Both the position numbers and the translations under genes were made by a program. From positions 1,736,001-1,800,000 of the forward strand of contig PS015010.1 of NCBI GenBank assembly GCA_048213135.1: a stretch of DNA of 64,000 nt. Direction: 5' to 3'. Shown here piece by piece: positions 1-10,139 of this stretch (position 1 is the first letter of the stretch; every line of letters begins with the position of its first letter). The DNA is from Reclinomonas americana ATCC 50394 (taxonomy: Eukaryota). Below the pieces are notes generated by a model, which was given only the letters and a program-made list of their open reading frames with translations, was not told the DNA's origin and searched no databases.

Positions 1-994
1 CATACCATTGCTTATAAATGACCGAATCGGCATTCACATCCTGGAAAAGATAATTGTAGTTGCTGTAGGTAAAGCTGTGCTGTATCCTCAGCTTGGGATA
101 GAAAAGATATTCCGTGGTGGAATCATTCACCGCAACGGAATCCTTTTTACCAATATCATAACTCTGCCTGAGGAAGAAAGTAAAATCGCGGTAAATATTG
201 CCTGTGCTCACGCTGGCCTGGAAAGGATTGGGCTGGTAAAGCGACGCTCCACCCAGGTTAACGGGTATGGTAAATCTTTTTTTACGGTTGGGGTCATCCA
301 GCAGGGAGTCGGCCTGGATACCACCATTCTCCGAGTTCTTAAGGGTATTGCCCAGCATCACCACATAAGCCGCATATCGTTTACGCTTGCCCTGGTAGTT
401 ACCAAAAATCCGGTAACTTTTATGGTTACTGTTCTGGGTTACAAAAAAACCGGGTGCACTCACCAGGCGGTAGTCAAAACCAAAACTGAAGTTGGGCCTT
501 GGTGTTTGCGTGTGCAGCGCCCTGATCATTTGCTCTTTGCCCGAGGCCAGCTGGTAGCTGAGACGGGTGAAGGGCCTGTTGCTTTTATAGAATTTAGTCC
601 CCTCCAGTTTGTAACGGTAAATGTCGTAAGCGTGAAAACCATCGTCCCACCCCGCCCGGGCATAAGGCTGGGCGATGATAGGATATGCCGCTGCCCCATT
701 ATTACCGAGGTACTGATAATAAGAAGGTACAGAAAAATAAGCGTCGAAATCGTTGATGGAAGAATCGAGCGGAACACTGCGAACGGAATCGAGGTACCGG
801 TAAGAAATGGCGGTGGAGTCCTTGCGGTCATCGCGGTGTTCAAAAGCCAGTGAATCCTTACGGGTACCTGATGGCCGCTTACCCGTATTCGAACGAATGG
901 TTGGGTTGCCCGGCACATTCCGGAGTATTTCTTCCTGCGCAGCGGCGTGCTGCAGCAGTCCCGTTAAAACCAATAGCGTAAGCAGGTACTTCAT
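1..994 (-). CDS. Putative outer-membrane porin (Bacteroidota putative-porin type), truncated by window edge
   Basis: Not in the ORF track. Manual translation from the ATG at 994 gives MKYLLTLLVLTGLLQHAAAQEE... with a signal peptide, YLGNNGAAAYP, RPFTRLSY...GKEQ...HTQ and ENGGI motifs. The frame stays open to base 1 and starts 7 nt after the punA stop. Confidence 0.75.
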   Translation of the reverse strand, partial: MKYLLTLLVLTGLLQHAAAQEEILRNVPGNPTIRSNTGKRPSGTRKDSLAFEHRDDRKDSTAISYRYLDSVRSVPLDSSINDFDAYFSVPSYYQYLGNNGAAAYPIIAQPYARAGWDDGFHAYDIYRYKLEGTKFYKSNRPFTRLSYQLASGKEQMIRALHTQTPRPNFSFGFDYRLVSAPGFFVTQNSNHKSYRIFGNYQGKRKRYAAYVVMLGNTLKNSENGGIQADSLLDDPNRKKRFTIPVNLGGASLYQPNPFQASVSTGNIYRDFTFFLRQSYDIGKKDSVAVNDSTTEYLFYPKLRIQHSFTYSNYNYLFQDVNADSVIYKQWY

Positions 995-1001
995 CAGTGA
1001 A

Positions 1002-1814
1002 TCACAATTGAGCGATCAGTTCTTTAAATATGCAGGTCAGTTTGGGTTCAGCGTCTTTGGCTGCCTGCAGCACTTCATCGTGGGTGATCTCGTTCTCTTC
1101 TTCACGTATACCAATGTCGGTGATCACGCTCATGGCAAATACAGGCAGTCCCATATGCACCGCGGCAATCACTTCCTGCACTGTACTCATCCCTACCGCG
1201 TCGCCACCAATAATGTGCAGCAGTTTATATTCCGCCCGGGTTTCAAAGGTTGGCCCGGTAACACCGCAGTATACGCCTTCTTTCACTTCTATATTATTGG
1301 CCGCGGCAATGGCTTTGGCTTTATTGATGAGGTCTTTGCGGTAGGGCTCGCTCATGTCCGGAAAACGGGGCCCGAGTTCAGGTATATTTTTGCCCAGCAA
1401 TGGATTAACCGCGAAAAAGCTCACATGATCCTTAATGATCATCAGGTCGCCCACTTTAAAACCCGTGTTCATACCGCCCGCCGCGTTGCTGATGAGGATG
1501 GTGGATATGCCCAGGAATTTCATCACCCTGATCGGGAAAACCACTTCTTCGGGTGAATACCCCTCGTAATAGTGGAAACGGCCCGCCATGGCGACTACCT
1601 TTTTTCCGCCCAGTTCGCCAAAGATCAGCTTACCGCTGTGTCCTTCTACTGTACTTACGGGAAAATGGGGTATTTCGCTGTAAGGGATCTCCTTTTCTAT
1701 ATTGATCTCACCGGTAAAACTGCCCAGCCCGCTGCCCAGTACAATGCCTGCCTGGGGCTTACCGCTGTAAATATTCTGTATATAAGATACGGCCTCCTGT
1801 ATTTTATTCATCAT
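1002..1814 (-). CDS. punA: Purine-nucleoside phosphorylase (trimeric PNP type)
   Basis: GIVLGSGLG, STVEGHSG, GRFHYYEGY, GPTFETRAE and VGMSTV motifs. Confidence 0.93.
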   Translation of the reverse strand: MMNKIQEAVSYIQNIYSGKPQAGIVLGSGLGSFTGEINIEKEIPYSEIPHFPVSTVEGHSGKLIFGELGGKKVVAMAGRFHYYEGYSPEEVVFPIRVMKFLGISTILISNAAGGMNTGFKVGDLMIIKDHVSFFAVNPLLGKNIPELGPRFPDMSEPYRKDLINKAKAIAAANNIEVKEGVYCGVTGPTFETRAEYKLLHIIGGDAVGMSTVQEVIAAVHMGLPVFAMSVITDIGIREEENEITHDEVLQAAKDAEPKLTCIFKELIAQL

Positions 1815-1874
1815 AAGCGTGTATAATTTGCGTCCAAAGGTAAGGCAGATAATGTTAATGGGATGTTGGATTGC

Positions 1875-1993
1875 AATTACTAATTACGAATTACCAATTA
1901 CGAATCCCTTTGATTTAAGGCTGATTTTCACAAATTCCTCCCCTGAACAAGGCATTGCCGGTAACTGTAATTAGTAATTCGTAATCAGTAATT
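1875..1993. repeat. Inverted pair of heptamer (AATTACN) tandem arrays between divergent punA and sucC
   Basis: AATTACT AATTACG AATTACC AATTACG at 1875-1905; complementary array at 1961-1993. Confidence 0.9.
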
Positions 1994-2020
1994 ATCTATC
2001 TTCGCCAAAATTTTCCCAAT

Positions 2021-3232
2021 ATGAACCTCCACGAATATCAAGCCAAGGAATTATTAAAGAAATACGGTGTTCCGGTACAGGAAGGAATCGCCTGCGATAC
2101 CCCCGGCGCCGCTGAAGAAGCCTATAAGCAGATCCACACCCAGTACGGCAGCAAGTTTGCCGTGGTAAAAGCGCAGATCCATGCGGGTGGAAGGGGAAAA
2201 GGCAAGATCGCCGGAACTGAACAACGCGGCGTGGCTGTGGGTAAGAACGCGGAAGAGGTAAAACAGATCGCTCAGAACATCCTGGGTGGAACGCTGGTAA
2301 CCATCCAGACCGGCGAGGCCGGCAAACTGGTAAGTAAAGTACTGGTGGCACAGGACGTATATTATGAAGGACCTAATCCTGTAAAGGAATTCTATCTTTC
2401 TATATTGATGGACCGCAGTAAAGGTCAGAATGTGATCATGTACAGCACCGAAGGCGGTATGAACATTGAAGATGTGGCGCACGACACCCCTGAAAAAATA
2501 TTTAAAGAGTGGGTATACCCCGGCGGTATGCTGGAAGGTTTCCAGGCCAGGAAAATCGCTTTTAACCTGGGCCTCAGCGGCAATGCTTTCAAGAACTGTG
2601 TAAAGTTCGTAACCAACCTGTACAACGCTTATGTAGGACTGGATTGCGGCATGCTGGAGATCAACCCGCTGTTCAAAACCAGCGATGACAAGATCATTGC
2701 CGTGGATTGTAAAATGAACGTGGACGATAATGCGCTGATGCGTCATCCTGATGTAGCGGCCCTTCGCGACATCACCGAAGAAGATCCTACAGAAGTGGAA
2801 GCCGGCCAGTATAACCTCAACTTCGTTAAACTTGACGGTAACGTGGGTTGCATGGTAAATGGCGCCGGCCTGGCCATGGCCACCATGGATATGATCAAAC
2901 TCAGCGGTGGCGAGCCTGCCAACTTCCTCGACGTGGGCGGTACTGCCAATGCGCAAACAGTGGAAGCCGGTTTCCGTATCATCCTGAAAGATCCCAAGGT
3001 AAAAGCCATACTCATTAACATCTTCGGTGGTATCGTTCGCTGCGATCGTGTAGCCCAGGGTGTTATCGACGCTTACCAGTCCATCGGCAATATCAATATC
3101 CCCATCATTGTAAGGTTGCAGGGCACCAATGCCGATGTGGCTAAAAAACTCATCGATGAAAGCGGACTGAAAGTACAGAGCGCCATCCTGCTCAGCGAAG
3201 CAGCCGCACTGGTGAACAAAGCCGTAGCATAA
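2021..3232 (+). CDS. sucC: Succinate--CoA ligase (ADP-forming) beta subunit
   Basis: MNLHEYQAK start, [44 protein letters not shown]. Confidence 0.98.
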   Translation: MNLHEYQAKELLKKYGVPVQEGIACDTPGAAEEAYKQIHTQYGSKFAVVKAQIHAGGRGKGKIAGTEQRGVAVGKNAEEVKQIAQNILGGTLVTIQTGEAGKLVSKVLVAQDVYYEGPNPVKEFYLSILMDRSKGQNVIMYSTEGGMNIEDVAHDTPEKIFKEWVYPGGMLEGFQARKIAFNLGLSGNAFKNCVKFVTNLYNAYVGLDCGMLEINPLFKTSDDKIIAVDCKMNVDDNALMRHPDVAALRDITEEDPTEVEAGQYNLNFVKLDGNVGCMVNGAGLAMATMDMIKLSGGEPANFLDVGGTANAQTVEAGFRIILKDPKVKAILINIFGGIVRCDRVAQGVIDAYQSIGNINIPIIVRLQGTNADVAKKLIDESGLKVQSAILLSEAAALVNKAVA

Positions 3233-3250
3233 AAAATTACTGATGATACT

Positions 3251-3282
3251 AAAAAGTCCTGCTTCCCGGCGGGACTTTTTTT
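3251..3282 (+). terminator. Intrinsic terminator after sucC
   Basis: AAAAAGTCCTGC-ttcccg-GCGGGACTTTTTTT hairpin with U-tract. Confidence 0.85.
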
Positions 3283-3417
3283 ATTGACCAGCCGGAATAA
3301 CAAAAATGAATTACTCATTACTAAAGACTAAGTACTACAGACTAACATCCCGGGTATCCGTAACCGGTGTTTTCAATTAACAGAACCTTGACAACTGCCT
3401 TTGTACATTTATACTGT

Positions 3418-4032
3418 ATGAAGGTTATCACTTACCTGCTTCCTGCAGTTGCCCTTACAGTATTGGGATCCTGCAAAAACCAGCGTACTGAACTGTTGTT
3501 CGGGCATCACAGGGCTCCCGTTATTATCGATATACAACCCTTCCGCGGTGTGGATGCCCGTGAATACCGGGTGCTGTATACCTCGTTAAAAAAAGTATAC
3601 CCTTCCGTACAACTCAAAGCACCCGTTGATCTTCCCGCTTCCGCTTATTACCATCCCCGCAACCGGTACAGGGCCGATTCACTGATCAATTACCTTCGCC
3701 AGCAAACCTACAGCGGACATGTTACTATTGGTGTTACCAACCGCGACATCAGCACCAGCAAAGGAAAGATCATTGACTGGGGTGTAATGGGACTGGGCCT
3801 GTGCCCGGGCAATGCCTGCGTGGTATCGGGCTTCCGGTTAAAGAAAGAGGCCGCGGCGGAACAACTCTATAAAGTGGCCGTACATGAACTGGGCCACACT
3901 TTCGGGCTCCCCCACTGCAGCGATCCGCATTGTTATATGCGGGATGCCGACGGCGAAAACCCCACCGATGAAGAAAACGATTTTTGCAGCCAGTGCAAAC
4001 CCAGGCTGAAGAAAGCCGGCTGGATTTTATAG
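3418..4032 (+). CDS. Archaemetzincin-like (M54) Zn metalloprotease, probable lipoprotein
   Basis: HELGHTFGLPHC-x4-C-x-M and FC-xx-C motifs; lipobox LGSC after a hydrophobic stretch; ATG 3418 preferred over the upstream GTG. Confidence 0.8.
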   Translation: MKVITYLLPAVALTVLGSCKNQRTELLFGHHRAPVIIDIQPFRGVDAREYRVLYTSLKKVYPSVQLKAPVDLPASAYYHPRNRYRADSLINYLRQQTYSGHVTIGVTNRDISTSKGKIIDWGVMGLGLCPGNACVVSGFRLKKEAAAEQLYKVAVHELGHTFGLPHCSDPHCYMRDADGENPTDEENDFCSQCKPRLKKAGWIL

Positions 4033-4112
4033 AAAGGAACCGCTTTATTCTCAATCCCCTAAATAATTACAGCAACCGGCGATTTTCTGTATAAAAACAC
4101 CCCCTCAAAAAA

Positions 4113-4163
4113 GGTGTAAAAAAATTACACCGCCGCTGCAACCTTTCTTTTCCCATGATCGTC
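4113..4163 (+). promoter_or_regulatory. Candidate ECF-sigma promoter with adjacent palindromic operator
   Basis: TGCAAC (4137-4142)-N17-CGTC (4160-4163); perfect inverted repeat GGTGTAA-N5-TTACACC at 4113-4131. Confidence 0.5.
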
Positions 4164-4376
4164 TTTTATGTACTGTGTAGTAATTATACTACACTACATT
4201 GAAAACCCGGCTCCATCTTTTTACCACACCCCGTCAATTAACCTGGCTCCCAGCCTGGTATTGACAATTTGTTTTCTGTATCCATTGATTTACCCTTTCT
4301 TTTTATTCATTATCCCATTGATGACAGGTAGAGTTCTTTACCCTGACTAATCTATTTTATTAAAAAATTTCAGCTA

Positions 4377-7300
4377 ATGAGAAAAAGACTTTTACTCAAT
4401 AGGGCATGCTATGCCCCATGCCTTTCCCTTGTAATATTATTACTGGTCTCCCTCACCGCCTCTGCGCACCGCGTGGAATATTATACCAGTTCAGGCTGTG
4501 CCACAGGGCAAAATGTAACGATCGACGCCAAGATCACCAATGCGCCGGCTGTTACCTGGTACAACTGGCAATACAAAGACGCAACCGGTGTATGGAAGTG
4601 CTTTGTGAACGGCAGCAACACCATTAATGGCGTTGCCTTTACCGTTTCGGGCGCTTTGGCGCAGAATGTGAGCAACGATGCGCCTTTACTCACCATCCAG
4701 GCCGCAACTACGGCGCTTGAAGACGTACAGGTACGTGTACTGATGCGTGAAAGCGCCAGCCCCTGCGGTGCACCTGCAGGCACTACCTGGGGAGGCGACG
4801 ACCTCGCCCTGAATGAAGTGAAAGTATTCCGCATACATGTTTATGCCGCTTCTGCCAATTGCGGTGCTACCACCCCGGGTTGTATCGGTAATCTGCTTAC
4901 CGATGCCAATGGCTACTACGGCGGTTTTGAAAACAAGATATTTGACGAAGCCACTGCAACTTTTACCGATAATAACTTCATTGCAGGCGCGGGCACTACC
5001 GGTTATACTGCCGGAGGTACAACCAGTGCCATCCCCCCCACCAGCGGCTCAGGCACCTACCAGGTATGGAACAACCCCTACAGCATGAACACCGGCAATG
5101 GCAGGTTCGCCCCGCATTCAGGCAACTACCAGATGATCATCCAGGGCACGGCTAATACAGCCCGCAAAGCCTGGTACAAAACGGTAACGGTTACCCCCGG
5201 TGCTACTTACAACCTCTGCGCCTGGGTAGCCCGTACACAGGGCGCCAATGCCTTTAACCTGCAACTGACCGTTAATAATGTACAGGTGGCCAGCTCAGCA
5301 GTATCTGCAACCATCGGTCAGTGGACACAGGTATGCGGTTCCTATACGATTCCTTACGGCGTAACCCAGGTAGAGATTAGTATAAGGGACGTGGCTACAG
5401 CCGCCGAAAGGTTCTTTGCTATTGATGATATTTGCTTTACACAAACCGCCAACCCTGTCAACCTCGGTAACGTGGTATGGCTCGATGCCAATGACAATGG
5501 AATTAAAGATGCCGGCGAACAGGGTCTCGATGGTGTAAAAGTGGTGTTGTATGCCGACAATGATAACAATGGTGTGGCAGACGGCACCGCCATTGCCAGT
5601 ACCACCACAACCGGTGGCGGTGTGTATGCTTTTAACGGCGTGGCTCCGGGCAGTTACTTTATTCAACTCGAAAATTACCCGGGTACCGATTACTATGTAA
5701 GTCATGTTTACGGCGGCGATCCGGATAATAATATTGATAATGACAATAACGGTGTTTCGCAGGCGGCAGGTAATGTCGGTATCATCAAAGGCGGGACCAT
5801 TACCCTCCAACCCGGCACAGAGCCCACCACCGATGGTGACGGCAATAACGGCAACCTCACTTATGATGTAGGTATCTATAAAGGCAATGGCCTCGGCGAT
5901 TTTGTTTGGGTGGACAACAACCAGAACGGCGTACAGGATACGGGCGAACCCGGACTGGCAGGCGTTACTGTAAACCTGGTCAACTCTGCCAACAATGCAG
6001 TTGTAGCCACTACGACCAGCAATGCCAGCGGCTTTTATTTCTTTAATGATTTTGACGCATCACTTACTTATAAGCTGGTGTTCACCACACCCGCTAATTA
6101 TTTACCTACGCTTGCAAACACCGTTCTCAACGGTGGTAATGACAATAATGACAGTGACCCTGTTGGTGGTGTCATCAGCGGCATCAGCATACCTTACGGA
6201 CAATGGAATCACTCTTACGATGCCGGTTTCTATAAACCCGTAATCAGTATCAGTGGTAACGTGTTTGATGACCGCAACGGGCTCATTGGCACACCAGCCA
6301 ATACAGTCGACGGCGCGGGCACCAATGCCGGCGGACTGAACGCCGTACTTATTGATGCAGCAACCGGTAAAGTAGTAGCTTCTGTAGCGGTGCCTGCCAG
6401 CGGTGTATATAGTTTCACCGGTCTGAATATGGGCAACTACAATGTACTCATCACCACCAATACCGCCACCGTGGGTGCTAACCCTCCCGCTGCGGCTTTA
6501 CCCGCCAACTGGGTGAATACGGGCGAGAACCTGGGCGCGGGTGCGGGCAATGACGGTGCGGTGAACGGACTGCTGCCCATCGGCAACATCACCGCTTCTG
6601 TTACCAATGTGAACTTTGGTATTGAACAATTGCCAACCGCATATGATGGCACCCTCAATACACAAGCCAACCCCGGCGGTATCATCCAGGTCAATGTGCC
6701 TTCTTCCTATTTCAAGGGTACCGATCCTGAAGATGAAGACCAGATCAGTCAACTGCATTTTACCGCTTTCCCTGATAATGCCACCAGCATTGTTATCAAC
6801 GGTGTGAAATATATGAACACGGCGACACCTCCTGCAGGATTTGTATCATGGCCCGCAGCGGGTGTAACCGTTCCGGCGGGTACTACCGTTACTGTTGACC
6901 CGATAGACGGCGCCGTGGTGGTGGTGATCCCTTACCGTGTAATTGACCAGGCAGGAAAAGAAAGTCCGAATACAGCAAAAGTGAATGTGCCTTTCGCTAC
7001 GCCAACTCCCGATCTTACACCAAGGATCACACTGAATCCGAACAACATCATCGGTACCAGCACTATGCAGGTGACCGTTCAGCTGAACGAGATCGCTAAA
7101 AGCCCAACCAATGGCGGTGTAATCACCATGTACGTAGACAAACTGGCGCAGTTCAGCAATTTCGCCTTCAATGCTGCTGCAACCACCAATTCAGCCGGTC
7201 AGTCGGTACAGAACAGCCTCTTCACCATAGATGCCGTAAGCAGCCCCGATTTCTATATCATTACCACCAATGTAGTGCTGAACAATGCCGCACGCAGGGT

Positions 7301-7442
7301 AATGTTCTCGGTAACCGTAACGCCGGGCTCCAGCACAGGTACAACACCGGTAAGCGTGATACTGGCCAACGGAAGCGGCGGCGAGACTGTGTTCACCAAC
7401 AACCGCGACTTTACCAACCTGTCTTATTCATTTATTCACTGA
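4377..7442 (+). CDS. Large secreted surface protein: CBM4/9-like jelly-roll, SdrD B-like repeats, C-terminal Ig-like domain
   Basis: Signal peptide; LGNVVWLDANDNGIKDAGEQG, LGDFVWVDNNQNGVQDTGEPG and ISGNVFDD repeats; VTPGATYNLCAWV...WTQV; no T9SS CTD. Confidence 0.8.
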   Translation: MRKRLLLNRACYAPCLSLVILLLVSLTASAHRVEYYTSSGCATGQNVTIDAKITNAPAVTWYNWQYKDATGVWKCFVNGSNTINGVAFTVSGALAQNVSNDAPLLTIQAATTALEDVQVRVLMRESASPCGAPAGTTWGGDDLALNEVKVFRIHVYAASANCGATTPGCIGNLLTDANGYYGGFENKIFDEATATFTDNNFIAGAGTTGYTAGGTTSAIPPTSGSGTYQVWNNPYSMNTGNGRFAPHSGNYQMIIQGTANTARKAWYKTVTVTPGATYNLCAWVARTQGANAFNLQLTVNNVQVASSAVSATIGQWTQVCGSYTIPYGVTQVEISIRDVATAAERFFAIDDICFTQTANPVNLGNVVWLDANDNGIKDAGEQGLDGVKVVLYADNDNNGVADGTAIASTTTTGGGVYAFNGVAPGSYFIQLENYPGTDYYVSHVYGGDPDNNIDNDNNGVSQAAGNVGIIKGGTITLQPGTEPTTDGDGNNGNLTYDVGIYKGNGLGDFVWVDNNQNGVQDTGEPGLAGVTVNLVNSANNAVVATTTSNASGFYFFNDFDASLTYKLVFTTPANYLPTLANTVLNGGNDNNDSDPVGGVISGISIPYGQWNHSYDAGFYKPVISISGNVFDDRNGLIGTPANTVDGAGTNAGGLNAVLIDAATGKVVASVAVPASGVYSFTGLNMGNYNVLITTNTATVGANPPAAALPANWVNTGENLGAGAGNDGAVNGLLPIGNITASVTNVNFGIEQLPTAYDGTLNTQANPGGIIQVNVPSSYFKGTDPEDEDQISQLHFTAFPDNATSIVINGVKYMNTATPPAGFVSWPAAGVTVPAGTTVTVDPIDGAVVVVIPYRVIDQAGKESPNTAKVNVPFATPTPDLTPRITLNPNNIIGTSTMQVTVQLNEIAKSPTNGGVITMYVDKLAQFSNFAFNAAATTNSAGQSVQNSLFTIDAVSSPDFYIITTNVVLNNAARRVMFSVTVTPGSSTGTTPVSVILANGSGGETVFTNNRDFTNLSYSFIH

Positions 7443-7484
7443 TCATTCAGAAAACCATATCTAAAAAAAACTAAAACGTAAGAG

Positions 7485-8594
7485 ATGAGAAAAATTTTAA
7501 TCCTTTTCACCGCGATGCTGTTATCAGGTAGTGAGGCGCTGATCGCACAAACAACGAACAACAGTGATTTTGTTCTTACCAATCCAACGATCAATCCCAA
7601 CCCCGCGGTATATCCCGGCGGTACGGTTACCATTACTTATGACTTCTATGTAAACGGTGATGCATTCACTTTCAGCAGCGATGACCTGTCGAATGATTTC
7701 GCCGTGATCACGTTCAGTTTTACCAAAATGAACCCCAGCGCGGTGATGCCAACCGGTACAGGCGCTGCCCTGTTCAACTGGCGACTGTCTAATAACGGCG
7801 GCAGCGGCGCGGGCCTTACTTACACCTGGACTGGCAGTACAAAAGATGTAACTATGGTTACTTCTCCCCCGAACCCCAAGTACAAGATCATTTTTACCAG
7901 TGTGCCGGTAACCATGCCTGCCACACCTGCGGAAGTAGACATCAGGGTTGCGGGGCAATTCACCGACCCGGGCAATGCGCCTACCGGTAACTCGGGTAAT
8001 AACTTTGCGCAGATCGCTACCTATACGACTGCCGGCGGCACTACCCCCATCACCCTGCTCGACTTCACCGCGAAGAAGATCAACAACACCACAGCCGGAC
8101 TGGAATGGCAAACCGCTACCGAACAGAACTCTGATCGTTTCGAGATCGAGCGCTCTGCCGATGGCATTAACTTTTTCACGATCGCTAAACTGGCCGCTGC
8201 CGGCTACAGCGTGAACCGCATCAGCTACAGCCGCGAGGACCGCAATACGCTCAGGGGTGATAATTATTACAGGCTGAAAATGGTAGACAAGGATGGTTCT
8301 TTCACTTACAGCGCCATGCGTAAACTGAACTTTGGCGATGCCGACATCAACATTTCCGCCTATCCCAATCCTTTCGTTGATAAACTGAATGTATCGGTTA
8401 CCGCCAATAAAACAGGCGAAGTAATGGTAACACTGATAGACAATACAGGCAAATTACTGCTCACACAAAGAAACAATGTACAACGGGGCCTCAATATTAT
8501 TTCTGTGAATAACCTCAGCAAACTTCCGGGTGGTACTTACTTCCTGAGGGTTGCAGCCGGTGATCAGATCGTCACCGTTAAACTGACCAGGTAG
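7485..8594 (+). CDS. T9SS type A sorting domain-containing protein
   Basis: Signal peptide; PITLLDF...LEWQTATEQNSDRFEIERS; C-terminal YPNPF...GTYFLRV...KLTR CTD. Confidence 0.9.
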   Translation: MRKILILFTAMLLSGSEALIAQTTNNSDFVLTNPTINPNPAVYPGGTVTITYDFYVNGDAFTFSSDDLSNDFAVITFSFTKMNPSAVMPTGTGAALFNWRLSNNGGSGAGLTYTWTGSTKDVTMVTSPPNPKYKIIFTSVPVTMPATPAEVDIRVAGQFTDPGNAPTGNSGNNFAQIATYTTAGGTTPITLLDFTAKKINNTTAGLEWQTATEQNSDRFEIERSADGINFFTIAKLAAAGYSVNRISYSREDRNTLRGDNYYRLKMVDKDGSFTYSAMRKLNFGDADINISAYPNPFVDKLNVSVTANKTGEVMVTLIDNTGKLLLTQRNNVQRGLNIISVNNLSKLPGGTYFLRVAAGDQIVTVKLTR

Positions 8595-8635
8595 CTATTA
8601 ACCTATCCAATATATTTTGTAAAGATCGCTTGCAG

Positions 8636-8664
8636 AAAGCCCCTGAATTCCAGGGGCTTTTTTT
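8636..8664. terminator. Intrinsic terminator between convergent genes
   Basis: AAAGCCCCTG-aattc-CAGGGGCTTTTTTT. Confidence 0.85.
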
Positions 8665-8690
8665 AATGGCTATACTGTTATGATGTTGGA

Positions 8691-9107
8691 TTATTGTGCG
8701 CCGGGCATTTTACTCATATCCATGTACAGTACATTCCAGCGGTGACCATCAGGATCGGCGAATACACAACCATACATCCAGCCACTCATTTCCTTGGGTT
8801 GATGATCGCTGGTGCCGCCGTATTCCACTGCCTTACGGGCCATTTCATCCACGTCTTCTTTGCTTTGCGCATCTACAGATAACAGGATCTCGGTCGACTG
8901 GCAGGTGTCTGTCACATCCCTGTTGGTGAAACTTTTAAATGTGGGTTCATCGAACAGCATCACCACTACCCCTTTTTCTCCCAGCAGTAAAGATGCCGAA
9001 TTGGGATTGTCGCCATATTGTGTATTGAACCGGAATCCCATTTTTGAAAAGAATTCCTTTGAACGTTTTACGTCCTTTACCGGGAGGTTGATCCAGAATT
9101 GTTTCAT
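8691..9107 (-). CDS. VOC/glyoxalase family protein
   Basis: MKQFWINLPVKDVKRSKEFF...MYGCVFADPDGHRWNVLYMD; start trimmed to ATG 9107. Confidence 0.88.
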   Translation of the reverse strand: MKQFWINLPVKDVKRSKEFFSKMGFRFNTQYGDNPNSASLLLGEKGVVVMLFDEPTFKSFTNRDVTDTCQSTEILLSVDAQSKEDVDEMARKAVEYGGTSDHQPKEMSGWMYGCVFADPDGHRWNVLYMDMSKMPGAQ

Positions 9108-9151
9108 AGCTGATGTTTTTGATGTGTGTGATAATTTATTAAAGAGACGGA

Positions 9152-9643
9152 TTACAATCCTTTCTCCAAAAGCCGGTCCAGCCTGGCAAAGCCCTGGCTG
9201 ATGCCGGTTTCCATACCCGACATGACCATGGCATCGCGATCGGCAACCGAACGGCAAACCGAGTGAATGATAAGTTTGGTTCTTCCGCCGGGCAATTCTT
9301 CAAACAGGGAAGTGTCCAGCGTAACATGTCCGCATTCCGGCAAACCCTCAAACTCGAATGTCTGGATCATGCGTTCCGGCGCTGTCACTTCATGGATCAC
9401 GCCATGGAAGCCGTACACATTACCCTTATCATCTTCATGTGTGTAGCGGTAAGCGCCGCCGCTTCTTGAATCATAATAATCGATCTTCATCACCAGCCTG
9501 TCGGGGCCGAGGAATTGCACCAGTATTTCCGGATCGGCAAATGCTTTGAATACCATCTCACGCGGTGCGTCGAATTCACGGATGATATAGATCTCCTGTT
9601 TGCCCGGTTCGGCGGTAATTTTGATCTCGTTCTTTGTTTTCAT
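9152..9643 (-). CDS. SRPBCC/AHSA1 (START-like) family protein
   Basis: IIREFDAPREMVFKAF, GGAYRY, FHGVIHEV, TFEFEG, GMETG motifs. Confidence 0.88.
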   Translation of the reverse strand: MKTKNEIKITAEPGKQEIYIIREFDAPREMVFKAFADPEILVQFLGPDRLVMKIDYYDSRSGGAYRYTHEDDKGNVYGFHGVIHEVTAPERMIQTFEFEGLPECGHVTLDTSLFEELPGGRTKLIIHSVCRSVADRDAMVMSGMETGISQGFARLDRLLEKGL

Positions 9644-9649
9644 GACTAT

Positions 9650-9979
9650 TTATTTTTTGGTTTTTGATTTTGCCTGCATCTGTACCAGTATCCTGTCCAG
9701 TTTGTCGAAACGGTGCTCCCACTGTTTTCTGAAATTCTCGATCCAGTCGGTCACCTCATCCAGTTTCTCCGCCTGTACCGTACAGTACCGCTCTCTTCCC
9801 TGCTGTGTGATCATCAGCAGGCCGCACTCCGATAATATTTTGATGTGTTTTGATATCGCCTGCCGGCTCACATCAAATTTTTCCGCCACATCATTGGGCG
9901 TCAGCGGCTGACGGGCAACCAGGTTAATGATATCCCGCCTGGTGGGATCGGCTATCGCCTGGAATACATCTCTTCGCAT
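9650..9979 (-). CDS. ArsR/SmtB family transcriptional regulator
   Basis: MRRDVFQAIADPTRRDI...SRQAISKHIKILSECGL; start at ATG 9979. Confidence 0.92.
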   Translation of the reverse strand: MRRDVFQAIADPTRRDIINLVARQPLTPNDVAEKFDVSRQAISKHIKILSECGLLMITQQGRERYCTVQAEKLDEVTDWIENFRKQWEHRFDKLDRILVQMQAKSKTKK

Positions 9980-9993
9980 GGTCTTTCTTTTTA

Positions 9994-10037
9994 TGCAACT
10001 GTTCGGTTGCAAATATATACGCAACTTATCGGTTGCG
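9994..10037 (-). promoter_or_regulatory. Tandem ArsR operators flanking the -7 promoter element
   Basis: TGCAAC-N6-GTTGCA (9994-10011) and CGCAAC-N6-GTTGCG (10020-10037); TATATTTG on the minus strand at 10010-10017. Confidence 0.8.
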
Positions 10038-10139
10038 CAACATTTCTGACAACTATTTTTATTTTTTATAATTAACTGATAAGCAGCAGTTACTTACAGA
10101 AGCATCACCATTACTCACCAAACTGGCTTACATTAGGGT

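Noticed and set aside
8-853. 281-aa plus-strand ORF
   Set aside because: Antisense shadow of the minus-strand porin gene
2021-3232. sucC without adjacent sucD as an anomaly
   Set aside because: Separation of the two genes is common in Bacteroidota
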